Positions 14,684-26,810 of a DNA stretch of 64,000 nucleotides are shown here, in pieces. The DNA is from Chiloscyllium plagiosum. Its lineage: Eukaryota. The notes below the pieces were generated by a model. That model worked only from the letters and a program-made list of their open reading frames with translations, did no database searches and was not told where the DNA came from. The stretch spans positions 43,392,732-43,456,731 of the forward strand of contig NC_057719.1 of NCBI RefSeq assembly GCF_004010195.1, written 5' to 3'. The number at the start of each line of letters is the position of its first letter. Within the stretch, counting starts at the first letter, position 1. Position numbers and translations under genes: made by a program.

Positions 14684-14813
14684 GGCGAAAGTGAGTACTG
14701 CAGTTGCTGGAGATTAGAGTCAGGAGTGTGGTGCGGGAAAAGCACAGCAGGTCAGAGCAGCATATGAGGAGCAGGAGAATCAACGTTTCGGGCAAAAGCC
14801 CTTCATTAGGACT
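14684..14813 (-). mobile_element. 130-bp hammerhead-headed PLE-derived element with 15-bp TSD
   Basis: TSD CTTGCTCTGA(C/T)ATTA at 14669-14683 and 14814-14828; minus strand begins AGTC CTAATGA A GGGC TTTT GCCC GAAA CG TT GATTC. Confidence 0.8.
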
Positions 14814-15091
14814 CTTGCTCTGATATTACATATACATCTAGAGGACCCACAACAGCTGTTTCCTATACTACTGAATTGGTGAGGGCACCTTTCTGTAGCA
14901 AAGGAAAGATAAAAGATCTTTTAAGACGATAAATTTTAGGGGAATTAGGAGTAGGGTTAATCTATTAGGGCAACATGGAATAGAGTGGAAGCGACTCCTA
15001 TACAGCATAAAGATTGATACTGTCCGTCTAGCTTGTTTCAGGAAATTCAGGCATCACCACGAACACAAAACTAGTGCAGAGGCGAACTTTA

Positions 15092-15337
<246 letters not shown>

Positions 15338-15670
15338 TTAAAATTCGCTTGCGATAAACAGACACCGAGGAGCATGCGCAGTAAGCCCACCCCGCCTAGT
15401 AAGGGCGAGAACTGTGGAAAAACCCGGATGTGGGGTGGAGGGTCTGCAGCCAATCTCCGCTCCGCGTATATTCAAATAGCCGGGCGCGCGACAGCCTGCG
15501 CGAGCCGTTGGTTCCATGCGTCCGTTACACGCAGCCGATCACCGCGGAGACGCTGGTCTCCTGTATGCGCTGTCCGTCATCAAACAGGAGGAGGCCAAGA
15601 AACTACGGCGAGTAATGATATCTGCTCTCTCACTAAAGCGGGAGTGGTCCTCACTCCTGAGGCGAGGGGA
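15338..15670 (-). promoter_or_regulatory. CpG-rich VCPKMT promoter/5' region
   Basis: Most CpG-dense non-repeat stretch seen in this AT-rich window; NRF1-like GCATGCGCA (15372-15380), ETS-like CCGGATGT (15424-15431), CCAAT (15450-15454), TTTGAA on the minus strand (15471-15476). Confidence 0.75.
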
Positions 15671-15671
15671 C

Positions 15672-15996
15672 AGAAAAGATTTACAAGGATTAATAGACCC
15701 CTGGGGTCGGGGCGTCCAGAACTAGAGGTTGAGAGGGAAAGATATAAAAGAGATCCAAGGGGCAACGTTTTCACACAGAGGGTTGTACGTGTATGGAATG
15801 AGCTGCCAGAGGAAGTGGTGGAGGCTGGTACAATTGCAACATTTAAGAGGCGTCTGGATGGGTATATGAATAGGAAGGGTTTGGAGGGATGTGGGCCGGG
15901 TGCTTGCAGATGGGACTAGATTGGGTTGGGATATCTGGTCGGCATGAACGAGTTGGACCGAAGGGTCTGTTTCCATGCTGTACATCTCTATGACTT
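15672..15996 (+). mobile_element. CR1 (HER1-like) 3' fragment abutting the CpG-rich promoter
   Basis: RYKRDPRGNVFTQRVVRVWNELPEEVVEAG; tail GGACCGAAGGGTCTGTTTCCATGCTGTACATCTCTATGAC. Confidence 0.9.
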
Positions 15997-16042
15997 AAAC
16001 AAAATCCATACTCCTGCCACCCTTGTTGCGATTCCAGGTCAG

Positions 16043-16227
16043 TGAAAGTGAGGACTGCAGATGCTGGAGATCAGAGTCGAGAGTGTGGTGCTGGAAAAGC
16101 ACAACAGGTCAGGTAGCATCAGAGGAGCAGGAAAATCGACCCTTCGAGCGTTTGCCCAAAATGTCACTTTTCCTGCTCCTCAGATGCTGCCTGACCTACT
16201 GTGCGTTTCCAGCACCACACCCTTGAC
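16043..16227. mobile_element. Degenerate palindromic PLE-derived element
   Basis: Inverted arms of the same tail family; decayed ~16-bp flanking repeat (16027-16042 / 16228-16243, 3 mismatches). Confidence 0.7.
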
Positions 16228-16615
16228 TGCAATTCCAGTTAAGCTGAATATGCTTGTAATATGGTCTTGTACAAGATGCCTTTGGATAGAGTCAAACTTC
16301 AACATTTGTTTCCTCACTATACAGAATCAAACTATTTGACAATATACAGACACACCATATATATATGTTTTTTAAAATGAAGAATGTATACTTTTAAAAT
16401 AAAGAGAATGCATCTTGCTGTGTAGTAGGGTAACTGCTTGGTCCAACATGGTACAGGAAACCACTTCCTTGGCTCAGTAGAATAGACATTTGTATTGGAA
16501 CAAGTATATTTCATGATAGCAACTAATTTCATACACGAGCTACATTGAATGCTGTGCGCTTTTATTCCCATTTTCCATCGTCTGTCAGGTTTAATCTGGA
16601 TATTAATAGCCCCAA

Positions 16616-17388
16616 CTGAAAATGTGTTGCTGGAAAAGCGCAGCAGGTCAGGCAGCATCCAAGGAGCAGGAGAATCGATGTTTCGGGTATGAGCCCTTCT
16701 TCAGGAATGAGGAAAGTGTGCCAAGCAGGCTAAGATAAAAGGTAGGGAGGAGGGACTTGGGGGAAGGGCATTGGAAATGTGATAGGTGGAAGGAGGTTAA
16801 GGTGAGGATGATAGGCTGGAGTGGGAGTGGGGGCAGAGAGGTCAGGAAGAAGATTGCAGGTTAGGAAGGTGGTGCTGAGTTCGAGGGTTGGGACTGAGAC
16901 AGGGTGGGGGAGGGGAAATGAGGAAACTGGAGAAATCTGAGTTCATCCCTTGTGGTTGGAGGGTTCCTAGGCGGAAGATGAGGCGCTCTTCCTCCAGCCA
17001 TCATGTTGCTATGGTCTGGCGATGGAGGAGTTCCAAGGACCTGCATGTCCTTGGTGGAGTGGGAGGGGGAGTTCAAGTGCTGAGCCACGGGGTGGTTGGT
17101 CTGGGTGTCCACCTTCCTAACCTGCAATCTTCTTCCTGACCTCTCTGCCCCCACCCCCACTCTGGCTTCTCACCCTCACCTTAATCTCCTTCCACCTATC
17201 ACATTTCCAACGTCCCTCCTCCCTACCTTTTATCTTAGCCTGCTTGGCACACTTTCCTCATTCCTGAAGAAAGGCTTATGCCCAAAACGTTGATTCTCCT
17301 GCTCCTTGGATGCTGCCTGACCTGCTGCGCTTTTTCAGCAACACAATTTCAGCTCTGATCTCCAGCATCTGCAGTCCTCACTTTCTTC
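16616..17388 (-). mobile_element. 5'-truncated Penelope-like element with inverted terminal repeat, GIY-YIG C-terminus and 15-bp TSD
   Basis: Minus strand HPVAQHLNSPSHS..DMQVLG (frameshift) ...LEEERLIFRLGTLQPQGMN; ~250-bp inverted arms, each with a hammerhead motif; TSD TATTAATA(G/C)CCCCAA 16601-16615 / 17389-17403. Confidence 0.88.
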
Positions 17389-19504
17389 TATTAATACCCC
17401 CAAGGTAATTCTAACAACAGAATATGCCCAATTTTTTTTATTAAAGCAAATTCCACTAAATAATGCAAATGTCTTCCCAAATTATGCTTATACTCACAAA
17501 ATGAACCCTTTTATGCAAAATTGTCTGAAGATCGGACTAGAACAGGTGATCAGTGTGCTCAGTCTCAACTTCTAGGCATCGATCAAATGACCTCTTCCCA
17601 AAGCAAGCTGATTTTTGCTGTGAGGCAAAGCCCTTCTTTGTACTCTTTCCAGAAGCTATGTATTTACACTCTTGACGTTGTGCAATCTCCAGCAAAATAT
17701 CAGTTTGGAAACACATCATAAGTATGTCATTTTCCACACTGGTTTGATTAATGAACTCATTAAGACTTGCTAGTGTCTCCTAGGAAAGAGGCTGAAAGCT
17801 TGCTCTTAATGAACTCTGAACTCGGCTTAGTTTACGGACTCTGATCACTTTTATGTCAGGCAATTAACAGTATGATATTTGTACAGCACAATTCCATTAA
17901 AATTCAGCTGAAAAATAGTCAGACCCGATTCATTCTTTTAAACAAAATTTCAACTTGAGTTACTGTGACAATTCAGTCAATTACTGCTGAGTTACAAAAT
18001 TTGATGTAAACACACATTCCTGAGCAAATCAGACGCACTTTAAAATCAATGACATCTTTAAACCCCAGGCTTTATATGTTTCTCCATTCTGTACCCCAGC
18101 TTTTCTGCTCCTGAACGTTAAATTCACTTGTGACTTTTGTACCATTCCAGCCACCCTCTCACCTTTCAGCCTCAATTAAGGTCAGTACAGTCGACATAAC
18201 TGTGCGTCCTTACTCTCATAGAAGTTCCATTAAGCCATCATCCATGTACTGACTGGCCTACATTAGTCTATATTGAGTGCAGCAACTCAATTTAAAGATT
18301 CTCACCCTCATTCTTAAATGATTTCACCCCAATTTCTTCAAACTATACAAGCCATCAAATCTTTGCACTTGTCCAGAACAGTCGAAATCGATCTCCAGAC
18401 TTTATGTTTCTTAAATGTTCACCAAGTTCTCTCTCTTTGACCAAGCATTTTTTCATCAGACTTGATATCTAATTCAGTGTCATATTTGATAATGAATTAC
18501 TGAAGCATTTTGAAATGTTCTTTCTTGAAGGATTTATAATACAAATGAATTTATAATACTATCCACTGATTTACTAGTTGGTGTTCATGATTTTTTCATG
18601 CAGAGGGTGATGAGTATATGGAATGAGCTGCCGGAGCCAGTGGTGGAAGCTGGTACAATTACAACATTTAAAAGGCATCTTGATGGGTATTTGAATAGGA
18701 AAGGATGTGGGCCAAATGCTCAGAAAGCTGATTACAGGTTGTTCTGCTCTAAGACACATTTCCTCAATGTGAATTCACTGTAACATGATTGATGAATTAG
18801 GAATGCTGTTCCTAAAGCACGAACTTTTAAAACATGTGTTGGCTATAATGTATTAGATCGCCAACACTTTAAGTGCGATTTTTCTACAGTGCAGGGTTGC
18901 ACAAGACCAAATGTATACTTATTTAGGATATCTGGTCATCTGTTTCCATGCTTGTACAATTCTATTACTCTAAGTCTACTCTGTAGGTTGTGCACTGTTT
19001 CCTCAGTGTAGACAAGTTCATAATCACATGGTAAACTCGAGAAACATCTTACCTGTTTCAAATAGCAAATGGAACAAATCAAAGATCATCAAATCACTAC
19101 TATATTCAATGATCTAGATTTACCTCATCCATCATGCACTGGCATACAAGATGCATTAGTAAGACAATGGAGATTATTAATGATATCTAGTTACCTTTCC
19201 CAAGAAATACCGTACTATCCATTCTGTACAGTCTACCCCTCAGTAACAAGAATATAACTGACCTATTACAAACACAATATCCTCAACAATCAAATGCAAA
19301 ATGCCACATTTTCCATTCCCTTACATATATAGCCAGGTCTTAACTGTTTCAGTCATACTTCCAGCTGAGGGCTGAGTATGTCATCCAAATTGTCAAGGCC
19401 TACCAATTCTTCTAAGGAAACCTTTTCAGAATAAATTTACGATTTGCATCTCTCAACATGAAAATCTTCAATAAGGTTTGACTCTTATGCAAAGATGAAA
19501 ACAT

Positions 19505-21352
19505 GCATCTGTAGCAGAATGTCAGTTTATTTAATGTTTAAAACATAATTGAAAGTTATTTTTGTAGCCATGTCATCTTTTAACCCTGTATTCGAGATAT
19601 GTATTTCCCTTCTTTGCTAAGTAGTTCTCATCTTGTTTCTGATCTTCACAGAAAATAATCTTTATCCATTTTCTGTCAGAAATCATCTTTTATAATGCTT
19701 AATTTTAACATTCATTTTCAGCTACCATCTTACATCTAGAGATGGTTGAATACAATCCTTCAGATCTAAACAATGTGTCTAATTTGAAGCCCAAAACCAA
19801 ATAAACACAAACAATAAACCTGGTTGGCTGCAGCCATATTCAAAGAGTTTCAGGCTCCCAGTTGAATCTTTTGCAAACTAACTCAATTTACAAAACGGTA
19901 AAAACTCCAATAGCAATACTTCAGCAGAAACAACTGCGTTTCCCAAATATACATAAAAAGTAATGTCAGGCAAATATTTAAAAACATTAATGTTTAGTAA
20001 TTCAGATACATTCAAAAGATTTTTTTTTTAAAGTGACACAGGCAATTTTAAATGCTTAAGTAAAAATTAAGACTGGACAATTTATTAATCTTATTAAAGT
20101 CACAAATACAAAGTACAAATGGAAGGCCACATTACATTAAATGAAAAGACCATCATAAGTCACTTCAGGAAAGCAGCTACAACACTACTGGTAAACAACA
20201 AATTCTTCACCTTTTCATACACCACGAGTTATGGCAAGTAGGCAATTTTAGGTCATGGCTACTATATTTAATTTATTTTTAGTAAAGTTTGAAGTGTATT
20301 TTGGTTCAAATACAATACTGAAAGAAGTCTACAGGAGATTTAATAAAATGCTACAGCAGAGCCAGTTTAGCACTGTGGTTTGCATCAGAAGAATTTTGGT
20401 TGGTTTGTTCTTGATCCACAGCAGTTAAGATTTTGATGGAGTATACAGATGGCAGATTGTTTATATTACTCCATTCAGTCCATACAAAACAGGTGTCATC
20501 TATATGTATACAGTAAAAACAAAACTGTACATTCACAATCATTTTTGTTCTCATTTTTGAGTTCTTAGGTGACTTGATAATTGAAGATAATCTTGTTTAC
20601 AAATGAAATCAAAAGGCACATCTGAGAAAAGATGCATGCTCACAAGAAATATTGAAAGAAATCCTGATCTTGAGTTATAATTGCTTGTTTGTTTACAAAC
20701 TGACTACATCATTTTACATATTGATGCAGGTTAGACAGCTTTTTTCTTTCAAAACCTCTGATTAGTGTTACAATTTCTTCTCTAAAATTTGAAGCAGTCA
20801 ACCAATAGAACTTGATTACAGAAATAAGTTGTATAAAGCGCCACATTTCAGAAAGTTTGTCCTTAGGTGATCGGCATCAAATATTGAATTTCAGTAAAAG
20901 ATCTATAAAGCTCATTCTAACAAAATGAAAAGTCACTCAGGATCAGCATTATAATATCCTTCCTGATGTCTGTGAAATTCCATCACTTGACAAGGCCACT
21001 AGAGCTCAAATATGTCTCAAAGATTCATCTTGTTGGCTCAGTGCAATGATTGGTTCAAATAAGTTAATTCATTTGTACAGTGCAAATGCAAACTTGTTAC
21101 ACTTCAAGGTAATTATGTTGGCACTGTAAGTCTGAGGAAAGAAAATGCTACTGAGAGGAGATCACAATAATGTCCCATTCTGTGGTCTGAAAGAAACAAA
21201 GATTCAGTTTTACTCCAATACCAGTTTCTCAAGTGCACAATCTTCACAGTGCACAATTATTAACAAGATGACAAAAGAAGTTAAAGACAGCAATACATTT
21301 TCTTGCCCCAGTGTCTTAATACAGATGCCCGATTTCCCACAGTGCTTCAAAT
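19505..21352 (-). other. Probable SOS2 3' UTR with several candidate poly(A) signals
   Basis: AT-rich and repeat-poor; AATAAA on the minus strand at 20272-20277, 20081-20086 and 19526-19531 (last followed by U/GU-rich sequence); distal end approximate. Confidence 0.55.
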
Positions 21353-21838
21353 TTAGTGTAAGTGTGGAATTTCTGCATTTTCCAGCAATGGCAGTCCACC
21401 TCCGTGCAAAGGAGGATGCGATAATTCTCGTTTGTAAGTCTTTGGTGGAAGTTTTGGCAGCAGTGGACTAGAGTTCTGTCTGGGAGGTATAGGAGGAGCA
21501 GAGGAATAAATAGGGTTATTGTGGTTTGAACGTCGTTTAATCATGGGAGATGGTGTTGGAGGAGGAGTCCTGGGGGAAATAAGATTTGTGCCTGATTCTC
21601 TGTACCAGTCTTGATCTCGATATAGGTGGCTCTTTGGTGCTGGCTGGATATTGAAAGGATCGTTCATGAAGTGCTCAGGAGGCCTTAGTGGTATGGGTGG
21701 AGGTGTATCAGGCAACGGATCCCTCGGAGGAGGTGGAGGAGGACTGTGCAGTAGCCCATCTGAGTGAACATGTAATCCAGGAACCCGAGGCAACCGAGGT
21801 GGAATAGCAGGAGGACTATCTGGCATATTTGAAGCTGT
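21353..21838 (-). CDS. SOS2: SOS2 exon 23 coding part (proline-rich Grb2-binding tail, stop)
   Basis: [50 protein letters not shown] and LPLLENAE are SOS2-type; adjacency to VCPKMT as in human supports SOS2 over SOS1. Confidence 0.95.
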   Translation of the reverse strand, partial: TASNMPDSPPAIPPRLPRVPGLHVHSDGLLHSPPPPPPRDPLPDTPPPIPLRPPEHFMNDPFNIQPAPKSHLYRDQDWYRESGTNLISPRTPPPTPSPMIKRRSNHNNPIYSSAPPIPPRQNSSPLLPKLPPKTYKRELSHPPLHGGGLPLLENAEIPHLH

Positions 21839-21974
21839 CTGTAAATAAAGAGATGAAATTCTAGTCAGAATTCCTTCCAATTAATTAAGTTGAAATGACA
21901 AAAACATGAAATTGAGAATTCAACAGAACAATCATTAGTAATTGTAAACCTAACAACAATGAAGCAAATAAAAA

Positions 21975-22150
21975 CCCGAAAGAGCTGTGGATGCTGTAAA
22001 TCAGAAACAAAAACCGAAATTGCTGTGAAAGTTCAAAACGGGGGTTCAGTTCTGAGGAAGGGTGATTTGATCTGAAATAGTAACTCTGATCCTTCTCCAC
22101 AGATGCTGCCAGACCTGTTCAGCTTTTCCAGCAATTTATGTTGTTGTTTT
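21975..22150 (+). mobile_element. Older PLE-derived element with decayed hammerhead (22048-22085); relatives at ~14290-14545, ~7200-7320, ~30335-30450
   Basis: AGTT CTGAGGA A GGGT...ATCT GAAA...AACT followed by CCACAGATGCTGCCAGACCTG tail. Confidence 0.6.
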
Positions 22151-23749
22151 TGTTTGTAATAGTTCAATGTTCAGGCAGGAATCCACTTCAAGAAAAGATC
22201 AGAATTGGACATTTGCAAGTGTGTTTCACACAAATTATATCACTGAAAAATTACACAACTTATATTAGGATAAAAGTGAAAAATAGCAGGAATACCTGCA
22301 GGAAAACTAAGTAGCACATTGTGCAATGTGGAACTAAACCAACTAATGGGAAGATATTAGGTTCAATCTTTTTATTTTTCCTTTATGGGATGTGAGCAGT
22401 TATTAGATGACAAACATTTTATACCCATCCCAGGCTATCTTTTGAGTCACCTTCTGAACTACTGCAGTCCAGTGGTATAGATATACACATAGTGCCACAA
22501 AGAAGTTACAAGTTTTTGATCAAGCAACCACAAAGTACAGCAACACAATTCCAAGTCAAGATGGGAGAGGCTTGGTAGACAACTTATAGTTAGCAGTGTC
22601 CCATGTACCTGCTGTTCTTATCCTAAGTGATAGAGGTTGTAGAATTGGAAGATGGTATCAAAGGAGCCTTAGCATGTCTACTTCCCTCATTAACAAATTT
22701 GCTATCACTATCTTCCACACTTCTTCCTCTCTCTGAAGCTCCAAAACACTGATCTTGAATTGCTCCAGCTGGAGGCATTGCCTGCACACATTGTTATCCA
22801 GACTGCCAGGACAGTTGAGGGTTTCCCAGATAGTGCAAGATGTGAAAATCACAGGCCTGAGCTCCCAAACATACTTTAACTAAATAGAAAATAGACTTTT
22901 GCTTTTATTTTACATTTACTCCTATAAAAAAATCTTATTCCTGCTTATAGACAATAGAGTTCCACTTAGGGAAACTGGAAATTAGGTCTTCACAGTTGGT
23001 AATCTCTGGATTACTTACCTTGCCCACTCTTATTGACGATGGTGTCTGCCTTTCACAGGGTCCTCTTAATGAGGTAGGGCTCTCATTATGCAACGATCAA
23101 ATGGATGATTCAACCCGGTTTGTCAGACTAGTGAGTTATTGGTTTTATAATAGTTACAAAACTAGTGCCAAGCAGTGATCATCTTGAAAAAGAGAGAACC
23201 TAATCTGCTTATCTCTATATTCTATTGTATTACCACCCTTGAATTGTCCATCAGCTGCATTCTTAAGTTTCAAAGATTTAACTATTTCACACAAATACTC
23301 TGGCTGCAAGAGCAGGACAGAGGCTGGGAATTCTCAAGTAACTCATCTTCTGACTTTCCAAAATCTATCCACCATCTACAAGGTACATTTCAGGAAAACT
23401 GTGATGGAATACTGTCTCCACTTATCTGTATGACTGCAGCTCCAACACTTCAGAGGCTCAATGCAATTCAGTACAAAGCAATCCACTTAAATTGCATCGT
23501 CTACCATCTTAATGCTTTCTCTTCCTCCAGCATGCGGGAATAGCGGCAGCAGTATATATCAGACGCACTGCAACAACTTGCTAAGGCTCCTTTGACACCA
23601 TTTTCCAAATCTACAACCTCAATCACTTAGGATGTCATGGAACAGTTGCAGGGCATTCTGAAGCAGAAGGGTGAACAGCCAGTGACCATGATCCACATTG
23701 GCAGCATATGGAATATATTTTAATGACACTGGGTTAAAGATAAACAATG

Positions 23750-23974
23750 AGGAGAAAGTGAGGTCTGCAGATGCTGGAGATCAGAGCTGAAAATGTGTTG
23801 CTGGAAAAGCGCAGCAGGTCAGGCAGCATCCAGGGAACAGGAGAATCGACATTTCGGGCATAAGCCCTTCTTCAGGAATCCTTAAGAAGGGCTTATGCCC
23901 GAAACGTCGATTCTCCTGTTCCCTGGATGCTGCCTGACCTGCTGCGCTTTTCCAGCAACACATTTTCAGCTCAG
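23750..23974. mobile_element. Near-perfect palindromic PLE-derived element with two back-to-back hammerhead motifs and a 15-bp TSD
   Basis: Arms 23784-23877 and 23879-23972 (94 bp, 2 mismatches, 1-nt loop); TSD TAAAGATAAACAATG at 23735-23749 and 23975-23989. Confidence 0.92.
23843..23882 (-). ncRNA. Minimal type-I hammerhead ribozyme motif (sense in SOS2 pre-mRNA)
   Basis: GGATTC CTGAAGA A GGGC TTAT GCCC GAAA TG TC GATTC: intact core and stem II, GUC triplet. Confidence 0.68.
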
Positions 23975-24830
23975 TAAAGATAAACAATGTTTTGCAAACA
24001 GACTTTAAGGAGTTAGATAAGAAACTGGAAATTAGGTCTTCAAAGCTAGTAATCTCTGGATTATTCCTGTTGTCATGCAGTAGCGAGCAGATGAACGGGT
24101 GGCTAGACAGATGGTGCAGGAGGGAGTTGACTTTATATTCCTGAGGCATTGAGGCTGTTTCCAGAGGGATTGGGAACTGTACAAGTAGAATGAGTTACAT
24201 CTGAACAAGAAAATGACGAACATCCTCACAGGAAGGTTTGCTAAAACCGTTGCTTTGGATTTAAACTAGATTGACAGGGGGAATGGGATCCCAACAGATA
24301 AGGAGCCATTAAGATGGAATTATTTGTTAAAATACAAACAAGCGAATCTGGAAGGCAGAGAAAACTTAAGCTGGATAAGAAGGATGGGAGTTTAACAAAT
24401 ATATGGTGTACATTTTAATGTAAGGTGCCTGAGGAATAAGACAGACAAGTTGAGGGCACAGAAGGTGAGTATGATATGGTAGCTATAGTTATGAATGAGA
24501 TTTGACTGAAAGGCAGACAGGATTGGCAGCTCAGCATTCTTGGTTACCGGGTATTCAGATAAGAGTGTGTCGAATAGAGGAGGCAAGGGAGGGGCAATCA
24601 TATTGATCAAGCAATCAGTGATTTCTTGGAAAGATCATCAAATGTGTCCATATGCATAAGAGCCAAGATCACAAAAAGGGCAATCATTGCTGGAAGTTTA
24701 CTACAGATCTCTAAACAGTCATGGAAAGATGGAGGATCAAGTATGTAATATTACTACACTTCTCTGAAATTTTAAGGCAGTAATAATATTAAGGGATTTT
24801 AGCCACCCAAATAGTATCCAGGATACTGGT

Positions 24831-25680
24831 TGGGGTGACTTTGGTTTTGGCTTGAAGGTATCAGACATTTAATCATTTCCCACAGGTTCTGTAAATTAGC
24901 TCCACTCCAGTGAGGAGCTGGTTGGCAATGAGATCAAGCATTGCAACAAAGTAGACCAAGAATAGTGTTGGGGCAGTGATGCATCCCTGCTTGACACTGG
25001 TCCAAATGTTGAATGATGCCTGCATATATGCATTCCTAGAGCACTGTCAGCACCTTTAGGAGGCACGTGAGAGCATGGGCCTCATCCTGAATATGCACAA
25101 GACGACGGTCCTCCATGAACCTGGCTCGGCGCTGTGGAGTGAACCTCAATCATTAAGGTTCATGGGGAGACCTTAGAGAATGTTGATCACTTCCAACACC
25201 TTGGGACCATCGTGTTGGCCAAAGCAACTATTTAAGATATCCAGCACCACATCCACTGTGGTGGCGCAGCCTTCGGTCACCTGAGGAAAGGGATCTTGGA
25301 GGACAACAACATCAGATCCAACACCCAGATCATGATTTAAAGAGCTGTGGTGGCTTCTGCCTTCCTATATGTTTCTGAGATGCGGAATGTCTGCAGCAGA
25401 CAACTCAAGGTGCTGGAACAGTACCACCAAAGCTGCTTGTGTAAGATCCTGTGAATCTGCTGGGAAGACAGACACACTAACACCAATGTTCTTGATCAGA
25501 CCAACATCCCCAGCATCGAGGCACTGACCATCTTTGATCGGCTTTGATGGACTGGGCACTGACACGAGACACCCCCAAGCCTGCAGTAGCCACACTGGTC
25601 TGTACAGCCACCTAAGGATTCACCCTGAGTGGAAGAGAGACATGCTCACCTCCGCCGGACTGCCAATGAATTAATGAATC
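24831..25680 (+). mobile_element. RTE (BovB-like) LINE fragment with 5' inversion
   Basis: 24831-25014 on the minus strand gives SVKQGCITAPTLF...TGVELIYRT...LQAKTKVT; 25015-25680 on the plus strand gives HGETLENVDHFQHLG and a downstream RTE C-terminal pattern. Confidence 0.75.
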
Positions 25681-26728
25681 TGGGGGATAATCTTATTATG
25701 AAATATAGGGAGGGAACAAAATTCTTAAACTGCATCTAGAATAATTTTAGCCAGTATGTAAAAAACCCAACAAGACAGGAGTAATTCTGGGCCTAATACT
25801 GGGAAATTAGCCCAATAATTGAAAGGAATATGAGTAGGGGAGCATTTTGGAGATGGTGACTATAACTCAGCTTTAGGATAATTGCGAAATAGGACAAGGG
25901 TAGGTCAGGAATAAAAGTTACAAATTGGGAAAGACGAATTTCACTGAGATAAGATACAATGTGGCCTGAGCAGATTGGGAGCAAACACTTGCAACTAAAA
26001 CAATGTTGGTGGTTGGTGGTATCCAAGGAGGACATCGCAAGAATTAACGGCCAATAAATTCCCATTATAGCGAAGTTTGGGACCAAGACTGGAAATTCTA
26101 ATTTTCAAGGGGCATAAAGGTCAGGATGATGAAATCAAGTCAAAAAAAAAGTTTATGGCTGATACCAAGAGTTCAATACAGCAAATTCTCATGAGGAATA
26201 ACAAGTGCAAGGGGAAATTTAAAAAGAAAATTAGGAAAACAAAGAGAATGTATGAGAAAGCATTGACTGGTAGAACAAAGGAAAATCCAAAGGTTTTGTT
26301 TAATGCATGAAGAGTGGGGGAAGAAAAAACTATGGAATAAGTAGTGCCCATTAGAAACCATATAGTTAATGTATGTGTGGACCCAGAAGATGCGGACAAT
26401 GAATACTTTACGTTTGTCTTCACAATGGAACAGGTCGCATCAGGTATAGACATCAGGATAGAAGACTAGGCTTGGATGAGATGTCTCCTCGGTTGTTGAG
26501 GGAAGCATGGGAAGAGATATCAAAAACCCTAGTGGTTTGCAAATTCTCTCTGGCCACTGGTGTACTTCCAGAGGACTGGAGAACTGTTAATGTTGTCCCA
26601 TTATTAAAAAAGGAAGGAAGGGATAGACCGGGAAATTACAGCCCAGTCAGTCTAATCACGATGGTATGGATGAATTCTGAGGGTTGGATCATTTCTATGC
26701 TTGGAGAGACAAGGATTAATCAGGGATA

Positions 26729-26810
26729 TGATTTGGAGCGTCGCTCTGAAAGCTAGTGTGCTTCCAATTAAACCTGTTGGACTATTACCTGGTGTTGTGT
26801 GATTTTTAAC
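26729..26810 (+). mobile_element. 82-bp PLE 3'-end insertion with 13-bp TSD
   Basis: TSD TTAATCAGGGATA 26716-26728 / 26811-26823; insert matches ~40855-40930. Confidence 0.85.

Noticed and set aside
15374..15919. 181-aa plus-strand ORF from the promoter
   Set aside because: Chimera of GC-rich promoter sequence and a CR1 ORF2 C-terminus; no recognisable domain
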